Part shown: one piece after another, positions 48,889-59,927 of the stretch
Position numbering within the stretch: position 1 is the first letter of the stretch
How the letters are laid out: each line of letters opens with the position of its first letter
Origin: Candidatus Latescibacterota bacterium
GTDB taxonomy: Bacteria > Krumholzibacteriota > Krumholzibacteriia > JACNKJ01
Reading direction: 5' to 3'
Length of the DNA: 64,000 nt
Assembly (NCBI GenBank): GCA_020633725.1
Contig: JACKDC010000005.1
Location: 172,135-236,134 of the forward strand
The notes under the pieces: generated by a model
What the model saw: the letters and a program-made list of their open reading frames with translations, nothing else
The model's database searches: none
What the model was told of the DNA's origin: nothing
Translations under genes and position numbers: made by a program

Positions 48889-51335
48889 TGCCCTGGCTTC
48901 GCGACGCGCCGGCCCTGCGCTGCGGCGACGCGCCCCAGCGCCTCGAGTTCCCCGAGCTGCTCGAGGAACTCGCCGCGCGCGTGCGCTTTCCGCGCAGCGC
49001 GGAGGCGCTGCGGTCGCTCGCGCCCCTGACCGACAGCGCCGCCATCGAGGCGCGCCGCGAGCGGGTGGCGGCGTGGATCCGCCTGCTCGACGAGGGCCGC
49101 GAGCCCGAGCTGGCCGGCCTCGTCGACCTGGGGGCGGGCCTCGAGCGCGCCCGGCGTCCCGGGGCGCAGCTGCCCGGCGACGACCTCTGGACCCTGGCCC
49201 GGTGCCTGAACGCGCTCGTGCGCCTCGGGGACTTCCTCGCGGCCCAGCGCGAGCGTGCGCCGGTGCTGCACGGCGACTGGGGCAACCCGCCCGACCTGCG
49301 CGGCCTGGCCTCGGAGATCGAGCGCTGCGTCGACGAGGAGGGCGCCGTCCGCGACGGCGCCAGCCCCGCGCTCGCGCGCGTGCGCGCGCGCATCCGCGAG
49401 GGACGCGATCGCCTCCGCGGCACGCTGGACGCGCTGATCCGCGAGCGGCTGGCCGAGGGCGAGCGCGATCTGCGCCCGCGCCTGCGTTCGGGCCGTCTCG
49501 TCCTGCCCGTGCGCCGCGAGCAGCGGAGCCAGCTGCCGGGGATCGTCCACGACGCGTCGTCGAGCGGCAAGACGCTCTTCGTCGAGCCGCTCGAGACCGT
49601 CGAGCTGAACAACGCGCTCGCGGATCTGCTGGCCGAGGAGTCCGCGGAGTGCGCGCGCATCCTGCGCGCCCTGACCGCGCGCGTGGGCGCGTGGGTGGAT
49701 CCCATCCGCGAGCGCCTGGACGCCGCGCACCGCCTCGAGCTGCCGCTGGCCGCGGCGCGGCTCGCGCGCGAGCGGCGCTGGACCTGGGCCGAGTGGTCGC
49801 CAGCGGGCGAGGACCGTCTCGTGCTGAAGGCCGCGGTGCATCCGCTGCTGGCGCGCTACCTGCCCGCGGGACGCCGTCCGGTGCCCCTGGACCTCGACCT
49901 GGACGCCGCGAGCCGTCTGCTGCTCGTGACCGGCCCCAACACCGGCGGCAAGACGGTCATGCTCAAGACCCTCGGCCTCCTGGTGCTGATGAACCAGTGC
50001 GGCCTCCCCGTGCCCGCCGCCGAGGGCAGCCGGCTGCCGCTCTTCGGCAGCCTCTTCGCCGACATCGGCGACGAGCAGTCCCTGCGCGACTCGCACTCCA
50101 CCTTCAGCGCGCACCTCGCGCGGCTGGGCGACATGGCCGATGGCGCCGCTCCCGACGCACTCATCCTCGTGGACGAGATCGGCGATGGCACCGACCCGGA
50201 AGAGGGCGCGGCGCTGGCCCAGGCCCTGATGGCGCACTGGATCGGCCGCGGCGCGCGCGCGGTGGTGACCACGCACTTCGGCGTCCTCAAGGGCTTCGCC
50301 CAGGAGACGGACGGCGCGGCCAACGCCGCCATGGACTTCGATCCTCAGGCGCGGCAGCCGCTCTACACGCTGAGCCTCGGCATCCCCGGCAGCAGCCGCG
50401 CCATCGCCACGGCGCGCCGCCTGGGGATGAACCCCGAGGTGCTGGCCGAGGCGGAGCGCCTGCTGGGCGCCGAGGCGCTGAGCCTCGAGGCGCTGCTCGA
50501 GCGGCTCGAGCGGGAGACCCAGGCCGCCGCCGAGGCGCGCGCCGACGCCCAGGCCCTGCGCACGCGCTACGAGGGGATGGCGAGCGAGGTGGAGGAGCGG
50601 TTGCGTCACATCCGCGGCGAGGAGCGCGAGATCCTCGCCGAGACGCGCCGCGAGGCCGAGGATTTCCTCGCCGCCGCGCGCCGCGACTTCGAGCACGCCG
50701 TGAAGGCGCTGCGGGAGCGAGAGGCGGATCGCGAGAGCATCCGCGACGGCCACGAGACCCTCGAGCGGCTGGGCGCCGGGCTGCAGCGGCTGGAGCCCTC
50801 GCCGGCGCGGGCGCGCGCCGAGGCGCTGCCGCCGCTGGAGCACTGGCGGGCGGGCGACCGGGTGCGCCTGCGCGCCACCGGACAGACGGCCGAGATCCTC
50901 GAGGCCGCGGGCGCGGGACGTCTGCGCGTGTCCCTGCGCGGCCTGCCCCTGGTGTTGCCGCTCGCCGAACTGAGCCCACTGCCTCCCGGGGACGGCGGCC
51001 CGGCGGCCGGGCCCGCGGAGCGCGACGCGCTGGCGGGCGTGAGCTACCTCGCCGAGGCGCCCGACTCCTATCGTCTCGACCTGCGCGGCTACCGCGCGGA
51101 GGAGGCCGCGGAGGCGCTGGACGTCTTCCTCGACGGCGCCCAGCTCGCCGGTTTCCACGTGGTGGAGATCCTGCACGGCAAGGGCGAGGGCGTGCTGCGC
51201 GAGGAGGTGCGCCGGCGGCTGGCGGGCGACCGCCGCGTCGCCCACTTCGGCCTGGCGGATCAGAACCGCGGCGGGACGGGCGTGACCGTCGCCACGCTGG
51301 CGGGCGGAGAGCGCCGCGGAGGTGGGCATGCCTGA
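48888..51335 (+). CDS. mutS2: Endonuclease MutS2 (MutS ATPase + Smr domain)
   Basis: VTGPNTGGKTVMLKT, DEIG.GTDP, and a C-terminal Smr domain (LDLRG...LHGKGEGVLR). Confidence 0.9.
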   Translation: MPWLRDAPALRCGDAPQRLEFPELLEELAARVRFPRSAEALRSLAPLTDSAAIEARRERVAAWIRLLDEGREPELAGLVDLGAGLERARRPGAQLPGDDLWTLARCLNALVRLGDFLAAQRERAPVLHGDWGNPPDLRGLASEIERCVDEEGAVRDGASPALARVRARIREGRDRLRGTLDALIRERLAEGERDLRPRLRSGRLVLPVRREQRSQLPGIVHDASSSGKTLFVEPLETVELNNALADLLAEESAECARILRALTARVGAWVDPIRERLDAAHRLELPLAAARLARERRWTWAEWSPAGEDRLVLKAAVHPLLARYLPAGRRPVPLDLDLDAASRLLLVTGPNTGGKTVMLKTLGLLVLMNQCGLPVPAAEGSRLPLFGSLFADIGDEQSLRDSHSTFSAHLARLGDMADGAAPDALILVDEIGDGTDPEEGAALAQALMAHWIGRGARAVVTTHFGVLKGFAQETDGAANAAMDFDPQARQPLYTLSLGIPGSSRAIATARRLGMNPEVLAEAERLLGAEALSLEALLERLERETQAAAEARADAQALRTRYEGMASEVEERLRHIRGEEREILAETRREAEDFLAAARRDFEHAVKALREREADRESIRDGHETLERLGAGLQRLEPSPARARAEALPPLEHWRAGDRVRLRATGQTAEILEAAGAGRLRVSLRGLPLVLPLAELSPLPPGDGGPAAGPAERDALAGVSYLAEAPDSYRLDLRGYRAEEAAEALDVFLDGAQLAGFHVVEILHGKGEGVLREEVRRRLAGDRRVAHFGLADQNRGGTGVTVATLAGGERRGGGHA

Positions 51336-53193
51336 ACCCGTCCGCGGCGGTGACGACTTCAAGGAGCGCGTGCGCGAGGCCACGGACATCGTGGAGCTGG
51401 TGGGGCAGTACCTCAAGCTTCGCCGCGTGGGCTCGAACTGGCAGGGGCTCTGCCCCTTCCACCACGAGAACAGCCCGAGCTTCAACGTCAACCAGGAGCG
51501 GCAGAACTTCTACTGCTTCGGCTGCAACAAGGGCGGGGACGTCTTCAGCTTCGTCATGGAGCAGGAGGGGCTGCCCTTTCGCGAGGCGCTGGAATTCCTG
51601 GCCCAGCGGGCGGGCATCCCGATCGAGCGGCGCGGGGGCGGAGACGGCGAGCGGAGCCGCGCGGACCTCTACCACCGCATCAACGAGTCCAGCGCCGCGT
51701 TCTACGCGCAGCAGCTGGCGAAGAGCGGCGCGGCGGCGCGCGCGCGCGACTACCTGGCGCGGCGCGACGTGAGCGCCGAGAGCGTGGAGGCCTTCGGGCT
51801 CGGCTTTGCGGGGCAGTCCTGGCGGGATCTGCATCAGCAGCTCAGCCGCCAGGGCTTCGCGCCCGAGGCCTGCGAGGCGCTGGGCCTCATCCGCCGCAAG
51901 GCGTCGAGTCCAGGCTACTACGACGCCTTCCGCAATCGCATCATGTTCCCCGTGCGCTCCGTGGCCGGGCGCGTGGTGGGCTTCGGCGCGCGCGTCCTCG
52001 ACGACTCCCTGCCCAAGTACGTGAACTCCGCGGACAGTCCCGTCTACACGAAGAAGGCGATCCTCTACGGCCTCGATCGCGCCTGGCGCGAGATCCGGCG
52101 CAGCAAGCTGGCCGTGCTGGTGGAGGGCTACTTCGACGTCATCAGCTTGCACCAGGCGGGCGTGCCCCAGGCCGTGGCCGCCTGCGGCACGGCCTTCAGC
52201 AGCGATCAGGCGAAGCTGCTGGGCCGCTACACCGAGCGCGTCTGCGTGGTGACCGACGGCGACGCGGCCGGCCAGAAGGCCGCCGTCCGGGCCGCGGGCG
52301 TGCTGCTCACGGTGGGCCTGAGGCCCAGCGTGCTGGCCATGCCGCAGGGCGAGGATCCCGACAGCCTGGTGCGCGCCGAGGGCGGCGACGCCTTCCGCGA
52401 GCGTCTGCGCCGTGCGCCGGACTACTTCGGCTTCATGCGCGAGCTGGTGGCCGGCCGTGGCGATCGCCCGGCCGAGCGCGAGCGGGCGGTGCGCCGCATC
52501 CTGGAGGACCTCACCGCCTTCCCCGAGGGCGACCTGCATCTGGAGAGCCTGCTGGAGGAGCTGTCGCAGGCCTTCGGCGTGGACGGCGCCGTGCTGCGCC
52601 GCGCGCTGCGCGAGACGCGCCGCGTGGCGGACGGCCGGCGCGGCCCCCGCCGACGGCCCGAGGCCGAGCCCGAGCCCGGGCAGGCGGCGCCGCGGCGCAA
52701 GGGGGATGACGCGCCCGTCGCCGACGCCGAGGCGGCCAGCCAGGAGCGCCGCGAGAAGCTGATGCTCGCGGTTCTCCTCCAGCGGGAGGCCCAGCGGGGC
52801 GAGGTCTTCGCGCTCCTGCGGCCGGAGCACTTCGCCGACCCCCTGCGGGCCCGGATCTTCTCCGTGCTCTCCGCCCTGGGCCGGGTCCCCGCCAGCGGCG
52901 AGCTGGGGGAGCTCTTCCCGGATCCGGCCGCCGCGCGCAGCGTGCACGAGCTGACTTTTTTGCGCCTGCCGGCCGAAGGGGGCGGGGACTGGGTGCGCGC
53001 GGCCGCATTGCGCCTTAAATTGAAACGTATGCTCGACCTCAACCGGGACTTCCAGGGCCGCGTCCAGGCCATGGAGCTGGGGGGGGAGGAGGTCTCGGCG
53101 GACCTCCTCGCGGAGTGGCGTCACGTGGGAGAGGCCATTCGCGGCCTGCGGGCCGACATCGACCGACTTCTCGAAGCACAGAAAGGGTCATGA
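51328..53193 (+). CDS. dnaG: DNA primase
   Basis: Zinc finger CPFHHENSPSFNV....FYCFGCNKGGD and TOPRIM (VEGYFDV, VTDGDAAG). ATG at 51328 preceded by GGAGGTG. Confidence 0.9.
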   Translation: MPEPVRGGDDFKERVREATDIVELVGQYLKLRRVGSNWQGLCPFHHENSPSFNVNQERQNFYCFGCNKGGDVFSFVMEQEGLPFREALEFLAQRAGIPIERRGGGDGERSRADLYHRINESSAAFYAQQLAKSGAAARARDYLARRDVSAESVEAFGLGFAGQSWRDLHQQLSRQGFAPEACEALGLIRRKASSPGYYDAFRNRIMFPVRSVAGRVVGFGARVLDDSLPKYVNSADSPVYTKKAILYGLDRAWREIRRSKLAVLVEGYFDVISLHQAGVPQAVAACGTAFSSDQAKLLGRYTERVCVVTDGDAAGQKAAVRAAGVLLTVGLRPSVLAMPQGEDPDSLVRAEGGDAFRERLRRAPDYFGFMRELVAGRGDRPAERERAVRRILEDLTAFPEGDLHLESLLEELSQAFGVDGAVLRRALRETRRVADGRRGPRRRPEAEPEPGQAAPRRKGDDAPVADAEAASQERREKLMLAVLLQREAQRGEVFALLRPEHFADPLRARIFSVLSALGRVPASGELGELFPDPAAARSVHELTFLRLPAEGGGDWVRAAALRLKLKRMLDLNRDFQGRVQAMELGGEEVSADLLAEWRHVGEAIRGLRADIDRLLEAQKGS

Positions 53194-53196
53194 AGC

Positions 53197-54951
<1,755 letters not shown>

Positions 54952-54988
54952 GCCGAGCGCCCGATCCTCGAACCTGCCTGCGAAAAGA

Positions 54989-55029
54989 ACGACGCCTCAC
55001 CCCCGCGGGGGTGAGGCGTCGTGTGCTTT
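54989..55029. terminator. Bidirectional hairpin terminator between rpoD and the convergent gene
   Basis: 15-bp stem ACGACGCCTCACCCC / GGGGTGAGGCGTCGT. T-run on the + side (GTGCTTTG) and TTTT on the - side. Confidence 0.65.
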
Positions 55030-55072
55030 GCGCTCGAGGCGTGGCGACGTTTCCGCCGCGTCCATCCTGCGT

Positions 55073-55735
55073 CTAGTAGAGCGCCTTGACCTCGCTCCAG
55101 GACGACGACTCGGTGGCGACGGACGTGTGCCCGACCTCCCACTGGCCGTTGGACATCTGCGCCTGGATGCCGTTGCCGAGGTCGTCGACCATCAGGCCCT
55201 GGAAGGTGCCGTAGGCCTCTTCGGCGTTGATCGCGTCGATGGTGATGTAGCCGGACGTGCTGACGAAGATGTGCGCGGCGTCGATCGTGGCCAGCCAGGC
55301 TTCCCAGTCGAGGCTGAACGGATCGTCGGGGAAGGTCACGTTCACGGCGTCATCCACGAAGGCCATGCCGACCGTGAAGCCCACGGGATCGAAGAAGTAG
55401 TCGCCGGGGGCGAGCGGCGCGTGGCTCGAGATGAAGAGCAGAACGCCGTCGATGCTGCCGTCGGGGTTGTAGAAGCCGGCAACGCTGAGCAGCGTGTAGA
55501 TGCCGCCGACGTCGACGACGACGCCGTAGCAGCCCTCCGCGCCGTCGGGGAAGTCGGGATCGCTGGGATCGATCGCGCCCTGGGCCTCGAAGATGCCCTC
55601 GTACGGCCCGGTGGGGTACTCGGTGTACTCGAAGTAGGTCCGGCCGGTGTCGAACAGGTAGTCCTGCGCGAGCGCGGGCTGGACGAGGACGAGGCCGCTG
55701 AGAAGAAGCGCGGCGAGAATAGCTCTGGACTTCAT
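55073..55735 (-). CDS. Secreted acidic protein, function unknown
   Basis: Signal peptide MKSRAILAALLLSGLVLVQPALA, D/G/F-rich mature part, ends in SWSEVKALY. Confidence 0.6.
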   Translation of the reverse strand: MKSRAILAALLLSGLVLVQPALAQDYLFDTGRTYFEYTEYPTGPYEGIFEAQGAIDPSDPDFPDGAEGCYGVVVDVGGIYTLLSVAGFYNPDGSIDGVLLFISSHAPLAPGDYFFDPVGFTVGMAFVDDAVNVTFPDDPFSLDWEAWLATIDAAHIFVSTSGYITIDAINAEEAYGTFQGLMVDDLGNGIQAQMSNGQWEVGHTSVATESSSWSEVKALY

Positions 55736-55746
55736 ATGGACACTCC

Positions 55747-55799
55747 GCTGCTTGCTGAAGACGTGGTGATGGACGGGCTGCTTGCTCTGTCGTGCAAGC
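55747..55799. repeat. 10-bp direct repeat GCTGCTTGCT x2 spaced exactly 30 bp, plus an inverted GCAAGC copy
   Basis: Copies at 55747-55756 and 55777-55786, with the inverted half at 55794-55799. They lie in the 272-bp divergent control region. Confidence 0.35.
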
Positions 55800-55897
55800 T
55801 TCGGCTAATCATATCACAGGTCGGGCGGCGATGGAACGGCAGTCTGACATGCGGGGCGCCCCGAGAGCGCAACTGGCGGAAACATTCCCGGCGAATC

Positions 55898-55936
55898 TTG
55901 ATTTTTTGGTCGCATACTCGGTATTTGTACTATACT
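55898..55936 (+). promoter_or_regulatory. AT-rich candidate promoter region for the 56008 operon (TTGATT-N18-TATTTG, also TATACT)
   Basis: This is the only AT-rich stretch in the gap. The hexamer assignment is ambiguous. Confidence 0.25.
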
Positions 55937-56007
55937 TCACGGGACTGCCCTGGACAGCCTGCCCTGGCCCGCGAGGCCGGGGGTGGCAACGCACCGAGCG
56001 AACAACG

Positions 56008-58218
56008 ATGCCCCGTCCTCCCCGATGCGCCCTTTCCAGCCCCAGCGAGGCCAGTCGCCGCGCCGCGCGCGCCGCGCTGGTCCTGCTGCTGGCGCTCGGC
56101 GTCCTCCTGGGTCAGGGGGGGACGGCCCGGGCCGCGGACGGCCGCCTGGGCTACGAGGAGCGGCACCAGGACGGCGGCACGGCCGGCGTGGACTACCAGC
56201 TGCAGATCATCACGCGTGGCGCCCAGGCCCAGCAGTCGATGCCGCTCTGGGGGCCGCTCAGCCTCCGCGTCGAGGCGCAGGTCCAGGACGAGGAGACCCA
56301 GAGCCGGGTCGGGGACGTCTCCAGCGCCTGGGATCGGCTCACGCAGCGCGGCATCGCGTCGCTGCGCTTCGGCGGGTCCTGGCTGCGGGCCGACCTGCAC
56401 GCCAGCGGCCGTCGCCGCGAGGAGTCGCTGCATCCCCAGCCCCTCCTGACCTCCGATGCGGGCGAACTGGGTGGCTGGGCCAACCTGCGCCCGGCCTCCT
56501 GGCTGACCTTCCAGGGAAGCTGGCTCGACAGCCGGAACTGGAACGAGCGCAGCGAGGGGCCCGAGGTGGAGACCCACGAGTCCCTGCGCTCCGCCGGAGC
56601 CGAGACCGCGCTGGGCCCGGTGGGCACCCTGCGCTACGCCTACGCGCGCAACGCCACGGAGAACCTGACGCGCTCCAGCCTCGGCGTGAACTCCAGCCAC
56701 CTCCTCGCCTACGAGGGCGTCTACGGGCTCCAGGGCAGTCGCGGGCGCCTGTCCGTGAGCGCGCGCACGCGCCGCTTCAACCAGCACACGCGGCAGGACC
56801 CCTACGATGGACGCCTCCTGCTCGAACCCCTGGTGGTCGGCGTGCGCATCGACGACAGCCCCGAGATCGAGGACCCCCTGGAGGATCCGCTCACGTCCGT
56901 GCCCGGGCTGAGCGACCTGGACCGCCGCGCCGGCACGAGCGTCGATCTGGGTGACGACGCGCCCGTGGGCCTGCAGATCGGCGGCGACTACCGCAACCTG
57001 CAGATGGACTTCGGCCGGCCCTTCCCGCTCAGCGAGGCGGTGCTCTACGTGGATCGGCGCCCCCTGGCGCCGGAGCTGCTGCAGTGGCGCGTCTACATCG
57101 CGGACGATCCCCAGGGCCAGCTCTGGGAGGAACTGACGGGCGTCACGGCCGTCTACCGCGATCTCGACAGCGGACTGCAGGGCTGGGAGTTCAGCATCGA
57201 GCCGCCGATGGCCACCCGCTACGTCAAGTTCGTGGACGTGAAGCTGGGGCCGGTGGGCGCCGTGCTCCGCGTCACCGAGCTCGAGGTCTACACGCCGGAC
57301 TCGACGCCCGGCCGCGAAACCCGCGACCAGGCGGACAGCCAGCGCCTGTTCACGGCGCTGGACTACGGCCTCGCGCGGAATCTGAGCGCCCGCGTGGACG
57401 TGACGCTCCGCCACCGCGGCGACCACGGCGACACCCCCGACCTCGACGATCGCGCGCAGGGCGCGGGCCTCAGCTACACGCGCGGCGCCTGGTCGGCCAG
57501 CGCCCGCGCGGAGCTGCACCGCGTGGAGAGCGGCGGCCGGCTCGACAGCGACGTCACCACGGCCGCCTTCGGCCTTCGGCGCCGCCTGGGCGACGCGAGC
57601 AGAGCCGGCGTCCACTACGACCGCGTGGACGATCGCGGCGACGGCGGCGACCGCCGCACCCGCGCGCTCAGCGTCAACGCCGACCTGCGCCTCGCGCCCG
57701 CCCTGCGCGTTTCGCAGCGCTTCAGCTACGGCTGGCTCGACGACCGCACGGCCGCGTTGAGCTCGCGCTCCTTCACGTCCCAGAGCGTCTTGCGGAGCGT
57801 GCCGGCGCGCTGGCTCTACGTGGACCTCACGCGAACCGATCGCTGGGTCCGGCGGGAGGCGGGCGCGGGCTTCACGCCCTTCAACGACAGCTCGCTCAGC
57901 CTGGGCCTGACGCCCGTTCCCCTCGTCAGCCTGCGCAGCACGGTGACCTACCAGGTGCGCGACAAGGGCGAGTGGCTCGTGCGGCACACGCTCACGTGGT
58001 CGCCGCTGCCCGGCGGGGATCTCGCCGTGCATTTGAACGCCAACCAGTTCTCTGATACACGGGTGGACACCCGACAGGCCGGGGCGGGCGCGTCCGTCAC
58101 CTGGGAGCCGCGCCCGCGGCTGCTCCTGGAGGGCGGCGTGGACGCCCAGCGCACGCGGCGCGCGCAGGGCAGCAGCTCGCCGCTGAACACCTTCGTGAAG
58201 GGCAGTCTGGTCTTCTAG
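56008..58218 (+). CDS. Large outer-membrane beta-barrel protein with inserted discoidin (F5/8 type C)-like domain
   Basis: Signal peptide, strand-rich halves, C-terminal ...FVKGSLVF (terminal Phe). Residues ~300-428 (nt 56905-57291) show NLQMDFG...LQWRVYIADDP.G.LWEE...RYVKF...RVTELEVY. Confidence 0.7.
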   Translation: MPRPPRCALSSPSEASRRAARAALVLLLALGVLLGQGGTARAADGRLGYEERHQDGGTAGVDYQLQIITRGAQAQQSMPLWGPLSLRVEAQVQDEETQSRVGDVSSAWDRLTQRGIASLRFGGSWLRADLHASGRRREESLHPQPLLTSDAGELGGWANLRPASWLTFQGSWLDSRNWNERSEGPEVETHESLRSAGAETALGPVGTLRYAYARNATENLTRSSLGVNSSHLLAYEGVYGLQGSRGRLSVSARTRRFNQHTRQDPYDGRLLLEPLVVGVRIDDSPEIEDPLEDPLTSVPGLSDLDRRAGTSVDLGDDAPVGLQIGGDYRNLQMDFGRPFPLSEAVLYVDRRPLAPELLQWRVYIADDPQGQLWEELTGVTAVYRDLDSGLQGWEFSIEPPMATRYVKFVDVKLGPVGAVLRVTELEVYTPDSTPGRETRDQADSQRLFTALDYGLARNLSARVDVTLRHRGDHGDTPDLDDRAQGAGLSYTRGAWSASARAELHRVESGGRLDSDVTTAAFGLRRRLGDASRAGVHYDRVDDRGDGGDRRTRALSVNADLRLAPALRVSQRFSYGWLDDRTAALSSRSFTSQSVLRSVPARWLYVDLTRTDRWVRREAGAGFTPFNDSSLSLGLTPVPLVSLRSTVTYQVRDKGEWLVRHTLTWSPLPGGDLAVHLNANQFSDTRVDTRQAGAGASVTWEPRPRLLLEGGVDAQRTRRAQGSSSPLNTFVKGSLVF

Positions 58219-58269
58219 CTGCGGCCGCGGCGGAACGGCCGGCGGGGCGACAACAAGGAGAGAGCTACG

Positions 58270-58839
58270 ATGCTTGGATTGCGGCGGATGGGTCTCCTGC
58301 TCGCGCTCGGACTCGCGCTGTCGGCGGGCTGCGCGCCGACGGTGAAGAGCTTCCTCCACCCGGACGTGGACCTGGGCTACGTGCGGCGCGTGGCGCTGCT
58401 CCCCTTCAGCAATCTCAGCGGCGACGAGTTCGCGGACGAGCGCATCACCTCGCTCTTCGTCACCCGGCTGCTCAGCGCGAACGTGGTGGAGGTGGTGGAG
58501 GCCGGCGCGGTGCGCGAGGCCATGACCCGGATGAACGTCAGCGCGGGGATGACCCTCAGCCCCGAGCAGATCGTCGCGCTGGGCAAGGCCCTCGCCGTGG
58601 ACGCCCTCTTCGGCGGCACGGTGGAGGAGTACGGTCCCGTGCGCGAGCATCGCGAGACGCAGAACCAGGTCACCGCGTCCTTCACCCTGAGCGAGACCCA
58701 GTCCGGCACGCTGGTCTGGCGCGCCGAGGTGCACGAGGGCGGCGGGTCCTTCTGGCGGCGCCTCTTCGGCCTGGGCGGCCGCTCCCTGCACGACGTTTCC
58801 GCCGACGCCGTGGACCGCGCCCTGGGGACGCTCTTTTGA
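58270..58839 (+). CDS. Lipoprotein with LpoB/PelC/DUF799-like motif
   Basis: Lipobox LSAGC, then VALLPFSNLSGDE...ERITSLFVTRLL. AAGGAG RBS. Confidence 0.6.
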   Translation: MLGLRRMGLLLALGLALSAGCAPTVKSFLHPDVDLGYVRRVALLPFSNLSGDEFADERITSLFVTRLLSANVVEVVEAGAVREAMTRMNVSAGMTLSPEQIVALGKALAVDALFGGTVEEYGPVREHRETQNQVTASFTLSETQSGTLVWRAEVHEGGGSFWRRLFGLGGRSLHDVSADAVDRALGTLF

Positions 58840-59927
58840 CGTTCCGCCCTCGCATCCTGCCGCTGCTTGCGGCGCTGGTCCTGGCGGGACCGACCGGACG
58901 CGCGGCCGCCGCGCCGCTGCCGCCGTCGGCCCTGCTGCTCTTCCTGAGCGCGAGCGAGGGCGTGCGGTCCCCGGCCGCGCCGGCGGCGCTGCGGGACGAG
59001 GCGAGCCGGGCCCTGGTCGCGGCCTTCGCCAGCCCCGGGCGTCGCGTGTGCGCGGGCGCGGCGGTGGAGCCGATCCTCCGCGCCCATCGCGTGCGCGCGG
59101 CCACGGACGTCGACGCCGCGGTGCTCGCCGCCCTCGCGGATCGCTGCGGCGCCGAGCGCGCGCTGGTGCTGCGGCTGGTCCTCGCGCCCGGTGAGCTGTT
59201 CCTGGTTCTGGAGTCCATCGACACGGCCGACGGCCGTCTCGCTCAGGTCGGCGTGGTCGAGCGCCCGCTGGAGTCCGGCGCCGACTGGCGCCGCGCGCTG
59301 GGCGACGCCGTCCTCGAACTCGCGGCGGCCGCCGACCCCGAGCCGCTCCCGCGCGCGGACGCCCGCGCCCTGCTGACACTGCCCGCGGTCACCGCCGGCG
59401 GGGCGGTGGAGGGGCCCGCCCTGCTCGAGGCCTGCCTGCTTCGTCGGCTGCTGGCGTCCGGCCGCTGGCTGCTGCCCGCGCCGTCGCTGCTCCTCGGCGA
59501 GCTGCGCGCGGCGGGCACGCACCCGGCGCACCTGGGCGACGGCGATCGCCGCGCGCTGGGCGAGGCCCACGGCGGCGCGCCCCTGCTCCGTCCCTTCCTG
59601 AGCGAGTACGTCACGCCTGACCGCTCCGTGGGCTTCGCCGTCACCGACGCGGCGGACGGCGCCGAGGACGCGCCCCCGCGCCTGGGCGCGCGCGCTGCGC
59701 AGCGGCCGTGCTACGCCTCCCTCGAGCTGGTGGACAGCGACAGCGGCGTGCTGCGCCGGGTCGTCGAGGATTACCTGCCCGCCGCCGAGCTGCGCGGCAG
59801 CTTCGGCCGGCCCCGCAACATCACCTGGCTCACGCGGCTCGACTCCCTCGCCGAGTCGCTGGTGAGCGCCCTGGACCACGACGCGGCGGCCCTGGCCGTC
59901 GCCCCCTCATCCGGAGAATCGCAATGA
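58836..59927 (+). CDS. Secreted protein, function unknown (two weak LpoB-like halves)
   Basis: The TTG start overlaps the upstream stop codon. Signal peptide MTFRPRILPLLAALVLAGPTGRAAA. Segments ALLLFLSASEG... and ALLTLPAVTAGG... . Confidence 0.5.
   Translation: MTFRPRILPLLAALVLAGPTGRAAAAPLPPSALLLFLSASEGVRSPAAPAALRDEASRALVAAFASPGRRVCAGAAVEPILRAHRVRAATDVDAAVLAALADRCGAERALVLRLVLAPGELFLVLESIDTADGRLAQVGVVERPLESGADWRRALGDAVLELAAAADPEPLPRADARALLTLPAVTAGGAVEGPALLEACLLRRLLASGRWLLPAPSLLLGELRAAGTHPAHLGDGDRRALGEAHGGAPLLRPFLSEYVTPDRSVGFAVTDAADGAEDAPPRLGARAAQRPCYASLELVDSDSGVLRRVVEDYLPAAELRGSFGRPRNITWLTRLDSLAESLVSALDHDAAALAVAPSSGESQ

Noticed and set aside
48429-53124. ORFs 48429-51491 (-), 49073-51772 (+) and 50287-53124 (-).
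   Set aside because: They are shadows or alternative frames of mutS2 and dnaG, which carry Walker A, Smr, zinc-finger and TOPRIM motifs in the chosen frames.
55872-55890. A sigma54-like TGGCGG-N5-TTCCC upstream of the cytochrome operon.
   Set aside because: The -12 position reads CC rather than GC at the required GG-N10-GC spacing.
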